Assembly: GCA_019745975.1 (NCBI GenBank)
Contig: JAIESQ010000013.1
Location: 86,780-150,779, forward strand
Origin: Pirellulales bacterium
GTDB lineage: Bacteria > Planctomycetota > Planctomycetia > Pirellulales > JAEUIK01
Length of the DNA: 64,000 nucleotides
Direction: 5' to 3'
Shown here: piece after piece, positions 1 through 9,600 of the stretch
How the letters are laid out: each line of letters starts with the position of its first letter
Position numbering within the stretch: position 1 is the stretch's first letter
Position numbers and translations under genes: made by a program
Notes under the pieces: generated by a model
The model's database searches: none
Told to the model about the DNA's origin: nothing
What the model saw: the letters and a program-made list of their open reading frames with translations, nothing else

Positions 1-347
1 TCTTGATCGAGCGAAGATTCGAGGAACGGTCCTGAACTTCCAAAACCCGCGCACGCGATTAGGAGGCCGACATCAAGTTCCCGAGTGGCCTCCTCAAGTG
101 TTTCAATACCCGTCTCCTTGGCCAGGTCGAGACACACTACTCGACATTGACACCCGTGACTCGCGGTGAGCTGCGCTGCGAATTGTTCCAGAATGTCCTT
201 ACTGCGTGCGACCAGCACCAGATTGAGCTTGGCTTCCGCCAACAGCGAGGCCAACTCACGTCCGATCCCCGACGAGGCGCCGGTGACAACCGCCCACGGG
301 CCGTACTTTGCTTGGAATCGTTCCTGCCAGCGGGTTTGACTCTGCAT
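1..347 (-). CDS. Short-chain dehydrogenase/reductase (SDR), N-terminal part (runs off window)
   Basis: Manual translation MQSQTRWQERFQAKYGPWAVVTGASSGIGRELA...LVLVARS; TGxxxGIG Rossmann motif; GAGG RBS upstream; not in ORF track because truncated. Confidence 0.9.
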   Translation of the reverse strand, partial: MQSQTRWQERFQAKYGPWAVVTGASSGIGRELASLLAEAKLNLVLVARSKDILEQFAAQLTASHGCQCRVVCLDLAKETGIETLEEATRELDVGLLIACAGFGSSGPFLESSLDQ

Positions 348-368
348 TGTTAATTACCTCTCAACTAG

Positions 369-1923
369 TACTACAGCGCTAACTCGTGCTCCATCCGCAG
401 CGCGGCAGGTCGGTCATTCGGATGCCCAGCGCGGCGAGTGCTCGTCGTGTTGTTTTGCTGTGTGACTGACGTGCTTGGGCGTTGCGTCGCTGGGTGTAAG
501 CGATTTCGGCCGCGGCGGCTTCGAGAATTCGTCGCGCGGCCGTGCGTCCCAATCCCCACGAGCGCACCAGGGCGGCCGCGGCCGTGCGGACCTGGCAGAC
601 GGTCAGTTCCGGATTTTTCCCCCCCCAGTTGCTGCTGCATTTCGGAGAGGAACAAGTGGGTCACGGCCGTGATCGCTTGATGGCGCTTCAGACCCCGGTA
701 CGACCGCCCCTCGAAATGATCGAACCCCAGCTCTGTCTTCTGGTCTTCAAAGCAGCGTTCCACGCGCCAGCGTGAAAAACCCACGTGCAGGAGTTCTTTG
801 ACCGAAGTTTCGGGCGGCGCGTTGCTGACAAAGAACTTCACTTCACTTGGATTGCGCACGTTGCGGGCCACGATCAAGTGCAGCGGCTTGCCTGGCAGGC
901 CGTTCTCGTCCTTGGGTACGAGCAGCACGTGCTTGGTCTCCCAGACCACCGGCCCCTTGTGAGTGTCTTTGATGCGCCACCGCTTCCAGGCTTGGTCTTT
1001 CAAGGCAGGCGTCCAGTTCAGGTGATACTCGACGCTGTGCGCCGGAGCACTGCCAGCCGTCAGCCGCGGTGTCGTGCGACCACGTCCACGGCTCCCTTTG
1101 CGAAAAGGTCGATCGGTCACGCACGGCGCGCTGAGCCAACCCGTGAACGACCGCGGCACCTCCGCTACGTAGGCTTGTCCGCGCGCGTCCAATTGCCGCA
1201 AAAACTCGGGCTTTCCACCGTAGGCTTCGTCGAAGGTCAGGTAACGAAACGTCACACCATTGGCCCGCGCGCGATCGTACAAGGCCAGGGCAATCTGCCA
1301 CTTCGGCCGATACGTCATCTCGTCCGGAATGTGCGCCGCGCGGCACCGCGCGCGGTCTTCCGACCAGCTTTCCGGCAGGAACAACTCGCTGTCCAACAGG
1401 CAGTGGAAGTCATCCACCGCATAGCCCAAGTGGACCGTCGTCACGCAGTTGTCCTGCTTGCCTGTGGCGCCACACCATTGGCGCTGCACGCCAGGTGTCT
1501 TGTCTCCCTTCTTCGGGCACGAGGTCTCGTCGATCAGGCCAATCGAATCGTCACTGGTGTGATCCCGCGCGACGCGCCACTGCAAGGTGTCGATCAACTG
1601 CTCTTGGTCCCACTCCAGAAAGTTGAGAAACTGCTGCAAGGTTCGGGGAGGCACGCCGGCCGCCAGTGCGATCGGTTCGACGCTCTTGCGATCCAACTTC
1701 GACAACTGACCTTCGACGTAGGTCTTCAAGTGCCCGCGCGTGTCCGAGCGACCAAAGCAATCGCGGTACTCCTGGAGGTAGCTGAGCAACTTCGGTTTCA
1801 AGCGACGAATGGCGGTGGCGTCCATGCCTGATTCTCCCTGATGGTTCGACAACCGGTCCTCCGGCCTGCCACCAGTCTCGCCGATTCCGCCGCCTTCACC
1901 AATACCGAGTTAGCGCTGTAGTA
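369..1923 (-). mobile_element. IS701-family insertion sequence
   Basis: Perfect 18-bp terminal inverted repeats TACTACAGCGCTAACTCG (369-386 / 1906-1923) flanked by CTAG duplication (365-368 / 1924-1927); encloses a DDE transposase. Confidence 0.93.
371..1825 (-). CDS. IS701-family DDE transposase (C-terminus probably reached by a frameshift at G8A5, 614-626)
   Basis: Motifs IDETSCPKKGDKTPGVQRQWCG, FDEAYG, RWRVERCFEDQKTELGFDHFEGRS typical of IS701 transposases. Confidence 0.92.
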   Translation of the reverse strand: MDATAIRRLKPKLLSYLQEYRDCFGRSDTRGHLKTYVEGQLSKLDRKSVEPIALAAGVPPRTLQQFLNFLEWDQEQLIDTLQWRVARDHTSDDSIGLIDETSCPKKGDKTPGVQRQWCGATGKQDNCVTTVHLGYAVDDFHCLLDSELFLPESWSEDRARCRAAHIPDEMTYRPKWQIALALYDRARANGVTFRYLTFDEAYGGKPEFLRQLDARGQAYVAEVPRSFTGWLSAPCVTDRPFRKGSRGRGRTTPRLTAGSAPAHSVEYHLNWTPALKDQAWKRWRIKDTHKGPVVWETKHVLLVPKDENGLPGKPLHLIVARNVRNPSEVKFFVSNAPPETSVKELLHVGFSRWRVERCFEDQKTELGFDHFEGRSYRGLKRHQAITAVTHLFLSEMQQQLGGEKSGTDRLPGPHGRGRPGALVGIGTHGRATNSRSRRGRNRLHPATQRPSTSVTQQNNTTSTRRAGHPNDRPAALRMEHELAL

Positions 1924-3251
1924 CTAGGGAAGCATTTGCCAAAGGCATTCAAGAGCGACAATCGCCCCTTCACCCGCACTTTGCGTCGTAGGATCGCCCA
2001 AACAATGCTCTTCTCCTTGCGAAGGAAGCCCAGCCATGTGGCGGCGTCGGCCGTAACCGAGCAATTGGGGCTGCCGATCAATCCGCTCTGCACGGTTAGC
2101 GTTTCGTCGCGAATCGTGATGGTGGCTTGCATCGTCTCGGCGCCGGTAAATGTGAAGTGGTAGACAGCGCTGAGCCCTTTCGCCTGGCCCGCCTGAAAAA
2201 CGATGTGCATGCCTGACAGGAACCCTGCGATGCTCGACGGTCGGACACCGTTGACCCGTTTGGCGGTCTTGTGTGGGAACTTGCGCGCCACGTACTCCTC
2301 CGCATCGGAGTGGGGGACGACATAGATCGTCTCTTCCTTTTGCTGGAGCGGCTTAACCATTTCGGCAACGAATTCGGCGCGATCAGCCAGGAACGGCGCG
2401 ATCACCTCTTCGCCCGCCGGGCAGACGGCGAGACAATACGCCGCCTTGTAATTTGCTCCGAAGCTCAGGCTTTGCCACATCGACGCCGTCTCCTGGTCCG
2501 TCACGCGGTGGCGATAGGCCAGGGCGCTGGGGCTGTCGGCGATCTGCTCCACCCAATCAGTGAACCCGTTCATGAATTCGCGGTAGTTGTGCGTCAGGCA
2601 GGCGCTGGGATCGAAACGACCATCGGGCTTGATCGCCCCCACTGGGCACGCCGCCACGCACAGTTTGCAACTCAGGCAGGGGTTGTAGTCGATCGGTCGC
2701 GATTCGCTGTCCAACTCGGCGGCCAATAGAATTGTGCCGAGCAAGATGAAGTTGCCGAACTTCGGGTGGATGACGTTGCGGTGAATCCCCATCTGTCCGA
2801 GACCGGCCGCGACCGCGACGGGCTTGTGCGAAACTACCCAGATTTTTCCCGGGAACCCGTTCATCTCCATCGGGAATCCGACAGCAGCGTTCATTGCGCG
2901 AATACCCTCAGCTTCAAGCCGGCGGACAATTTCACGGGCGACGTCATTGACGTGGTCACCTGTGTGATGGAATTCGAGGTTGGCCACCGAGCGGGCGGGG
3001 CTACGGATGGGCTCGCGATTCATACGGCAAACGAGCGCGATGAGCGACTTCGTTGCTGGAAAGGCCTTGAGAATGCTGGCTCGCTCACCGGCGATGTCCG
3101 GACGATCGAGCGAGACGAAGCCGACGTCGTCCGCGCCACAATCGAGGCATAACTGCCGCAGCCAGGCGGTCGAAAGCGGCGCGGCGGCGGCCGCCGCCGG
3201 GAAGCGCCGTTTCAGGGCGGCCACGGTAGGGTGCTCTTCGAGTTTGGTCAT
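1896..3251 (-). CDS. QueG/reductive-dehalogenase-like 4Fe-4S protein with C-terminal SCP2-like domain
   Basis: HKPVAVAAGLGQMG, CLSCKLCVAACP and CLAVCP cluster motifs; C-terminal segment resembling SCP2 sterol carrier (AVYHFTFTG...VRVKGRLSLL); start taken at MTKLEEHP. Confidence 0.75.
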   Translation of the reverse strand: MTKLEEHPTVAALKRRFPAAAAAAPLSTAWLRQLCLDCGADDVGFVSLDRPDIAGERASILKAFPATKSLIALVCRMNREPIRSPARSVANLEFHHTGDHVNDVAREIVRRLEAEGIRAMNAAVGFPMEMNGFPGKIWVVSHKPVAVAAGLGQMGIHRNVIHPKFGNFILLGTILLAAELDSESRPIDYNPCLSCKLCVAACPVGAIKPDGRFDPSACLTHNYREFMNGFTDWVEQIADSPSALAYRHRVTDQETASMWQSLSFGANYKAAYCLAVCPAGEEVIAPFLADRAEFVAEMVKPLQQKEETIYVVPHSDAEEYVARKFPHKTAKRVNGVRPSSIAGFLSGMHIVFQAGQAKGLSAVYHFTFTGAETMQATITIRDETLTVQSGLIGSPNCSVTADAATWLGFLRKEKSIVWAILRRKVRVKGRLSLLNAFGKCFPSTTALTRYW

Positions 3252-3308
3252 AAAATCGCTCCTAAAATCGCGGGGACACTTGCATTTTGCAAGTGATATG
3301 CTTGCATT

Positions 3309-3716
3309 ATGCAAGTGCGTCGTATAAAGTCAAGAGGAGTGCGGCAAAGCGGTGAAGCGAGGTGGAATTTGAAGACGAAGAGACGTTCGCCCTGTCCGGT
3401 CGCGTGTACGTTGGACCTAGTCGGCGACAAATGGACCATGCTCGTCGTGCGCGACCTGGCGAGCGGCAAGTCGCTTTTCAAGGAATTCAGTGCGTCGCCA
3501 GAACGAATAGCGACGAACATCCTGACGGACAGGCTCAACCGGCTGGTCAAGCATGGACTGGTGGAGAAGTACGGCTCGGCGCAGCAGCCGGGACGCGATG
3601 CCTACCGCCTGACCACAAAGGGTAGGACCTTATTGCCTGTACTCGGTGCCCTCGCCGATTGGGGACTGATGAACATCAAGGGCACGGAAGCTCGCATTAA
3701 GCTGAAAACGAGCTAA
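3309..3716 (+). CDS. HxlR-family winged-helix transcriptional regulator
   Basis: RRSPCPVACTLDLVGDKWTMLVVRDL...LTDRLNRL...YRLTTKG signature; divergent from the 4Fe-4S gene; exact start uncertain. Confidence 0.9.
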   Translation: MQVRRIKSRGVRQSGEARWNLKTKRRSPCPVACTLDLVGDKWTMLVVRDLASGKSLFKEFSASPERIATNILTDRLNRLVKHGLVEKYGSAQQPGRDAYRLTTKGRTLLPVLGALADWGLMNIKGTEARIKLKTS

Positions 3717-4260
3717 TTTCGACTTCGTATTGGGACTACCGCGGCCTAACAAGCCTTCGCGAACAACCACGGGCAGCACCCAATCCCCACTGCTTACGAT
3801 CGCGCGTCTGATCGCTCCTTCGTGCAGAAGGCCGATAACGAGCAATTGCCACTGAAGCCGATGGGATCAATCGTCTCGGAAAGTCGTCATTTCTGACACC
3901 GTGCCGTTTATGGACCCTTTGATAGGAGCCCTAAGAAACGGTTGGCTTGTTGCGACTGCGGCAGCTTTCAGTCTTACGGCACGAAGAAGCTGAGATGTAG
4001 CTCCGCATGTCGAAGATGAAATCGGTTCCACTGATCGACTGAAAGGCGGCCGATGACGGGGTGCGGAACGCGGCGAGTTTCCACGGCTAGTCGCTTGATA
4101 CCCTGCCTTAAGCGATGTGCTCTAAGCTAATCCGAATCAGCCGTTTGCCCTAGTCTCTGCTCGCGAGGTGGTTCCCGAGATTAAAGTGCGATTCGTCGAA
4201 ACATCGTTGGACCGCCCACTACAGCTTCGCTCATAGCGGTATTCTAGCCGGGGGCGGAGG

Positions 4261-4353
4261 TCATAGGCGGCGACTTTGAATTGCCCTGAACACAGCGCAG
4301 CCCAGCAAGCCACCAGCTGCCATCAAGAACAACATTCCAAACATGGTGAGCAT
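4261..4353 (-). CDS. Putative 30-aa single-pass membrane peptide MLTMFGMLFLMAAGGLLGCAVFRAIQSRRL
   Basis: Manual translation; GGAG RBS 6 nt before ATG; hydrophobic core followed by basic tail. Confidence 0.4.
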   Translation of the reverse strand: MLTMFGMLFLMAAGGLLGCAVFRAIQSRRL

Positions 4354-5439
4354 AGTATTCTCCGGCTAGGGGCGGGATTTCAGCAGCCATTCTATCAGCT
4401 AAGAGGTCTCACGCTTCGGCAAATCCCATATCGACTTCCGCGGTGACGTCGGCTTGGGAATTGCCCCCCAGCGGTAATGGACAATGGGGATTGATTCTAG
4501 CGATTTCCGGAGGCCAATACAGACGCGAGCCCCTCCAGAATCGGACCAACAAAGGCAGCGGGAACGCCTTCTTTCGTCCCATCATCTTCGGGGCCAGCTC
4601 AGGTACCCTCCACGAGTTCTTGAGGCCAGGACGCACACCGAATTGCGATCAGCTTTGCACAGCGGGCCAGCCATAAGTGTGCGGATTTTGTTTTGCCGCC
4701 CCCATGACTACATGTCCCAGGTTCATCCGCAGGCACAGCAGTAAAAGAATTCCTCCCGTCCAGGCATGTCTAATCGTTGGGCAAAGAATTGCATGCGCGA
4801 CTCTTTGCAGTTAGGGCAATCGTAGATTGGCCGATCGGGGGCGAGCCCGCACGCGCGGCGGTTCAATGACTCGTCGGTGGTGGCGGCACGGCCGTTTGAG
4901 GCGAGGAGCATCCGCGCAGCTTACCCCTGCGGAGCTTGTAGAAGCGCGGAATTCCTGTGTTTGCGCGAATAATAGACAAATAAGGATCTCGAATCACGCA
5001 AGTTTCGAAGTTATCGACTCCGGAAGCCCCATACCCCCAAGGATGTGCCGTCTTCAAGCAAAAGGAGACGCTTCCAAGAATCCTTCGTTTGATGCCGAGG
5101 AATGTCGCAACCGAAGAACAGGCCTTAAGCTAGGGAGTCACCGTCGCAAGAACTCGACTTCGAAATCAAAGTCCCAAGAAACGTTGAATTCGGCGATTGA
5201 TAAGACACGAGAATTCTTGCCCCTCTAGGGTCAAACCTGGACCCTACGACGTTCGCCGCAGATTTTGGACTCATTGACCGGTGACGCTCAGGAGGGCGTG
5301 TCCTGTGCGCGAAGGGATTGTGGCTGCCGCGCAGTTTTCTACAACACCGGCGTGGGAAGGTGAACGGAGACTGGCGACATCAAAGCCCGATCGCTCGGGT
5401 TGTGCGTCGGCTTTGAGACACGCCATCAAGCTATCCATT

Positions 5440-6666
5440 TTATCTGCCCTTGACACGAAGGAACCTGTCCCGAAGCGCAGTTCGGGAGCACTCAATCGCT
5501 GGAGTCGCGGTCAAGCCCGCAGGAAACGAAGAGTTGCGGGGAGCCGTGCGAACGTCGAACATCGTCGACTCGTCAAAGTTGAACAGACTCTTGAAGCCCA
5601 AAGCGCTTGTGTCGGTAATTGGGAATCTGGGCGGCGGGAAGTAATTGTCAAACGCCAGGTTCAGGCCGCCTCCCTCCACCACAATTCCGGCGTTGATGGT
5701 TCCGCCGGTGAAGTGGATTCCTTGCGAATCGACCAGTCGAATAATTCCGCCGGTCGGCGGGTCGCCATAGATGTGGCAGCCACTTAAGGTGTAGCCCTGG
5801 TCGACGCTCTCCGCTTGGACGTTGAAGAGTTTGTTGTGGTTGATATTTGAGGCTGCGATGATGCCGTGCCCGCTATTGAATCCCGGCAGCAAGTGGATGC
5901 CAATTCGGTTGTCGACGACATTCGCAGCGGTGACGACGTTGTTGCCGCCTATGATTTCGGCGGCGGTATCATTGCCGTTAAACGACAGGAGCGTGAAGAG
6001 GTTGTATTCGGCCGTGCCCGCTTCGCCAAGATGCAAGCCTACGCCGTTGTTGACGAAGGAGACAAAAGCGAATTGCCCCTGGTCTCCGCGGCGCTTGGGT
6101 TGACCGGCGCCCTGAACGATGTGGATGCCATATCCCTTGAAATCCTTGACGGTGAGCTTATCGACGATGAATCGATTGCAGTTGGAAATGAACAGCCCCG
6201 CTTCCTGACCTGGTTCGTCGGCGGCAGTTCTGGTTCCCGCTAGTGTGAGCGGGCCTTGAAGCGTCCAGTCGTCCACGTCCATTGCCGACAAGATCGGCAG
6301 ATTATCGACTCTGTGAGTAATCGTGGCTCCCTCCGCTCGGAGGACGAGGCCGGTGGTCATCTTCAGCGTGCGATTGACAACGTAGGTGCGCTTTGGAATC
6401 ACGACAGTGGCGTTCTGTCTGGTTGCGTCCGCGAACGCTGCGGCAAACGCGGGCCCATCATCGGTGACGCCATCTCCGCGAGCGCCATAGTCAAGCACAT
6501 TGACGTCGCCACTATTCGACCGCAGGAGGGCGACGAACCGTTGTGGCATGGTGTGCCAGAGCGTGAAAACAAATGGCATGCCATAGAGCAAGATGAATCC
6601 GGCCGCGATCAGCAAGCGTGTTCGCGTGATCTTATGCTTGAGGCTCGGCCGAAGACTCGATTTCAT
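5440..6666 (-). CDS. Membrane-anchored parallel beta-helix protein (pectate-lyase-3 / GH28-like)
   Basis: N-terminal TM helix; VNVLDYGARGDGVTDDGPAFAAAF motif; Asn/Gly-rich beta-helix repeats. Confidence 0.8.
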   Translation of the reverse strand: MKSSLRPSLKHKITRTRLLIAAGFILLYGMPFVFTLWHTMPQRFVALLRSNSGDVNVLDYGARGDGVTDDGPAFAAAFADATRQNATVVIPKRTYVVNRTLKMTTGLVLRAEGATITHRVDNLPILSAMDVDDWTLQGPLTLAGTRTAADEPGQEAGLFISNCNRFIVDKLTVKDFKGYGIHIVQGAGQPKRRGDQGQFAFVSFVNNGVGLHLGEAGTAEYNLFTLLSFNGNDTAAEIIGGNNVVTAANVVDNRIGIHLLPGFNSGHGIIAASNINHNKLFNVQAESVDQGYTLSGCHIYGDPPTGGIIRLVDSQGIHFTGGTINAGIVVEGGGLNLAFDNYFPPPRFPITDTSALGFKSLFNFDESTMFDVRTAPRNSSFPAGLTATPAIECSRTALRDRFLRVKGR

Positions 6667-6776
6667 TGTTCGCTCAAGTGTCTGTTCTCCGTGCTATTCG
6701 CATTCATTGCCACAGGGGGCGACGATTGTCACCTCGAATCTCTGTTGATCGCAGCCTCAGGATGCGCCAATTGTGC

Positions 6777-7796
6777 TTAGTAGCGCAGCACATAGGCCGG
6801 CGACTTGCTGAGCCGGTCGCGATTCCTGATGTACGTCAGCGTTGTCCTCGGGTCGGCGTGGCCAGCGAAGTCTTGTAGGTCGATGATATCGCTCCCTTGC
6901 TGGCGGGCGGTTGTCAGGGCCGTAACGCGGAATGAGTGGACCGTCACGTTCGGATCGAGGCGTAGATGTCGGACATACCTCTCAACCAACTTCTGAATAG
7001 CCCGCCTGGTAATTGGCTTCGCTACGAACCCCGTGGTGCCATTGGATCGGGCTGCCGTGCCGGGTCGAAACATCGGTCCAGTTGACTCTTGCCGAATACG
7101 AGCGGCATCGAGCCACGCTTCCAACCGCTCGGCCGCTTCGAGATGCAGTGGAACGCGGCGTTCCTTGCCCCCCTTCCCATGCACCTCAAGAATCTTGTGG
7201 ACGCCGGTGGTCTTGTAGCTGCCGACCTTGAGTCGTGTCAGCTCGCCGACGCGGCAGCCTGTATAGGCCAGGACGGCAAAGATGGCGCGATCGCGGACGC
7301 CGGCTGGCGTCACCTCGGAAGGCGCTTCAAGAAGTCGGCGACAATCCTCGGGTGTGAGCCCAACGGTCTTCCCGTCGCGCGGCGCCGACGGCGCAGCCAC
7401 GAAATCGGAATGCGCGGGATTGGCTCCCACAAATCCATAGGTCTGCAAATAGGAAAAGAGGGACCGCAATACCGTTAGCTTACGGCGAATGGAGCTGTTT
7501 GTGAGTCCCTGTGCTGCCAGGTGATCGCGCCAGCCCGCAACGTGATGCGGTCGTATGGCCGCAAGCTGGTCAACGTCGTTCGTGGGGTGACCGCAGAAAG
7601 TCAAGAATTGGCCGAGGTCCCGATCGTAGTTGGACCGCGTGTCCTGCGATGGCGATTTAAGAATCCAAGCTCGGGATGCTTCCTGAATGGGAGTCGTCGG
7701 ATCGGTCGCAATGATCGACGACGAATGGTTAACGATCGTCAACGATTTGGACGTTGGTGGTTGGGCAAGTTCGTTCGGGTCCATCGGATCGGTCAT
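6777..7796 (-). CDS. Tyrosine recombinase (XerD-like)
   Basis: RDRAIFAVLAYTGCRVGEL, GKGGKER, HSFRVTA, AGHADPRTTLTY catalytic residues. Confidence 0.92.
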   Translation of the reverse strand: MTDPMDPNELAQPPTSKSLTIVNHSSSIIATDPTTPIQEASRAWILKSPSQDTRSNYDRDLGQFLTFCGHPTNDVDQLAAIRPHHVAGWRDHLAAQGLTNSSIRRKLTVLRSLFSYLQTYGFVGANPAHSDFVAAPSAPRDGKTVGLTPEDCRRLLEAPSEVTPAGVRDRAIFAVLAYTGCRVGELTRLKVGSYKTTGVHKILEVHGKGGKERRVPLHLEAAERLEAWLDAARIRQESTGPMFRPGTAARSNGTTGFVAKPITRRAIQKLVERYVRHLRLDPNVTVHSFRVTALTTARQQGSDIIDLQDFAGHADPRTTLTYIRNRDRLSKSPAYVLRY

Positions 7797-7949
7797 GGTT
7801 CACCTAAAGTGGGTTGAACTAAACCGCTACGCGGTGGGTGAGGGTGCTGTACGGTTCGAGAGACAGGGCGATGTTTCAACTGAGACGGCGCTGTCAGCCG
7901 GGTCGACTCTCTGAACTGCATGCAGCAGTCGCGATTCTCTTCGATGCCG

Positions 7950-8483
7950 TTAGGTATCGCCTCCTAACACACCGTCACCCGTAATGACGAAGTGAGAGCC
8001 GTCGTCCCGGTGACCAAAGAGTCGCCAGTGCTCTGAGTACTCACCGCGACGTGAATCACATGGGAACGCTTCGAGCCCGAAGTCGCCACCCAGTGAAATC
8101 TGAAAGCCGCCGTAGTTGTCGCCGCAGGCGCTGACGACCTTCAGCGGCCTAAGCAAGCGTTGTGCGAACCATTCGAGCTGAACGACATCGAGCACCGAAG
8201 GGTTCTTGTCCCAGTCGAAATCGTCCCATGGGATGGCATCATCTGCGGGGTAGAGCAGGTCGTCACGTCCAAAAACAATGCTGTTAGCATCAACCAGTCG
8301 CCAACGACACTGAATGTGCAAGGAGAGCTGAGACACTTCGACCACCTCGCCTTTGCGATTCGTCTTCTTTTGGAGCGTGCCGAATCCAAACATCTGCATA
8401 TTGGCAGCTCGCGAACATTCGACGATCGGCTGGCCGACGAGCGAGCCCAATTCCGTGGTGATGCGTTCGGCAAGAGTGATCAT
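7950..8483 (-). CDS. Hypothetical protein (177 aa)
   Basis: Clean ORF with globular, protein-like composition; no family recognised. Confidence 0.7.
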   Translation of the reverse strand: MITLAERITTELGSLVGQPIVECSRAANMQMFGFGTLQKKTNRKGEVVEVSQLSLHIQCRWRLVDANSIVFGRDDLLYPADDAIPWDDFDWDKNPSVLDVVQLEWFAQRLLRPLKVVSACGDNYGGFQISLGGDFGLEAFPCDSRRGEYSEHWRLFGHRDDGSHFVITGDGVLGGDT

Positions 8484-8731
8484 CGGTAACGGCTCATCTT
8501 ATTTCGTTTCGTGCGGGAATTGGGCACATATGCCAGCAAATTGCTGATGCAGTCACAAATTCTCTCTTCCATAGTGACTGCCTGCTCGTGAATCAGATCA
8601 GCGAACCACGGGGGGCGGTGATAGTGCTCACGGTTGTATCGGTTGTAGGGACTTGCGCGCCGAGGTCAAGCGAATCAGGCTGAAGGAGAAGCGTGCAGCA
8701 TCTGTCTGTCCTATCTTTCGGAGCCTCGACC

Positions 8732-9583
8732 ATGACTGCGTTGCGCCAACGACTCATCGACGATTTGCAATTGAGGAACTTTTCACCAAAGACGCAACAG
8801 GCGTATGTGCAGGCGGTAGCGCGGTTCGCGCGGCACTTCAGGGCCTCGCCCGATCGGCTCGGGCCTGAGCAAGTTCGACAGTATCTCTTGTACCTGGTGA
8901 AAGAGAAGCACGCCGGATGGAGCACGTACAACGTCGCGCTCTGCGCGCTGCGGTTCTTCTACCAGACGACGTTGGGGCGGACGGCGCTGTTGGACGGCAT
9001 TCCCTGCCCGAAGGAGCCGAAGCGGCTGCCGGTGGTCCTGAGCCGCGACGAGGTCACGCAGTTTCTGGCGGCCGCGCCACGGTTCAAGTCGCGCGTGATG
9101 CTCACCCTGGGTTACGCCGCAGGGTTACGGGTTTCGGAGATTGTGGCACTGGAAGTAGGCGACATCGACAGTCGCCGAATGGTGCTGCGCATTCGCCAAG
9201 CGAAGGGGCGCAAGGACCGCTACGTGATGCTCTCGCCCAAACTGCTGGAGTTGCTGCGAACATACTGGAAGCGGGCACGGCCGAGACCGTGCGGCAACCT
9301 GTTCGCCAGTCGCACCGGCAAGCCGCTTTCGACTCGCACGGTGATTGTGACTTGTCGGCGAACGTTGCAACGGTCGAGACTCGCCAAGCACGTGACCGTG
9401 CACACCCTGCGGCACAGTTTTGCTACGCACCTGTTGGAAGCGGGGGTCGACCTGCGGACCATCCAGGTTCTCTTGGGACACCGCAGTCTGAAGACGACCG
9501 CCATCTATACGGCGGTATCGACCGAGCGGATCATGTCGGTGACCAGTCCCTTCGACGCGCTGGCGCCGATCGAAACGACGTAG
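8732..9583 (+). CDS. Site-specific tyrosine recombinase with N-terminal SAM-like domain
   Basis: MTALRQRLIDDLQLRNFSPKTQQAY; YAAGLRVSE, KGRKDR, HTLRHSFATHLLEAGVDLRTIQVLLGHRSLKTTAIY; GGAG RBS. Confidence 0.93.
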   Translation: MTALRQRLIDDLQLRNFSPKTQQAYVQAVARFARHFRASPDRLGPEQVRQYLLYLVKEKHAGWSTYNVALCALRFFYQTTLGRTALLDGIPCPKEPKRLPVVLSRDEVTQFLAAAPRFKSRVMLTLGYAAGLRVSEIVALEVGDIDSRRMVLRIRQAKGRKDRYVMLSPKLLELLRTYWKRARPRPCGNLFASRTGKPLSTRTVIVTCRRTLQRSRLAKHVTVHTLRHSFATHLLEAGVDLRTIQVLLGHRSLKTTAIYTAVSTERIMSVTSPFDALAPIETT

Positions 9584-9600
9584 ATCGCGCGAAGGCCGAG

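Noticed and set aside
785..1831. 348-aa plus-strand ORF
   Set aside because: Antisense shadow of the IS701 transposase, expected in GC-rich DNA.
3744..3800. GCCTAAC start resembling an attC site after the HxlR gene
   Set aside because: No matching inverted arms or GTTRRRY end found downstream.
4723..4911. 62-aa ORF with CPNC and CCAC (zinc-ribbon-like)
   Set aside because: No clear RBS or context; stops right after the second Cys pair; cannot support as a gene.
8917..9600. 631-aa ORF start overlapping the recombinase
   Set aside because: The N-terminal ~228 aa are an alternative-frame read of the recombinase gene; transposase motifs start only near 9601.
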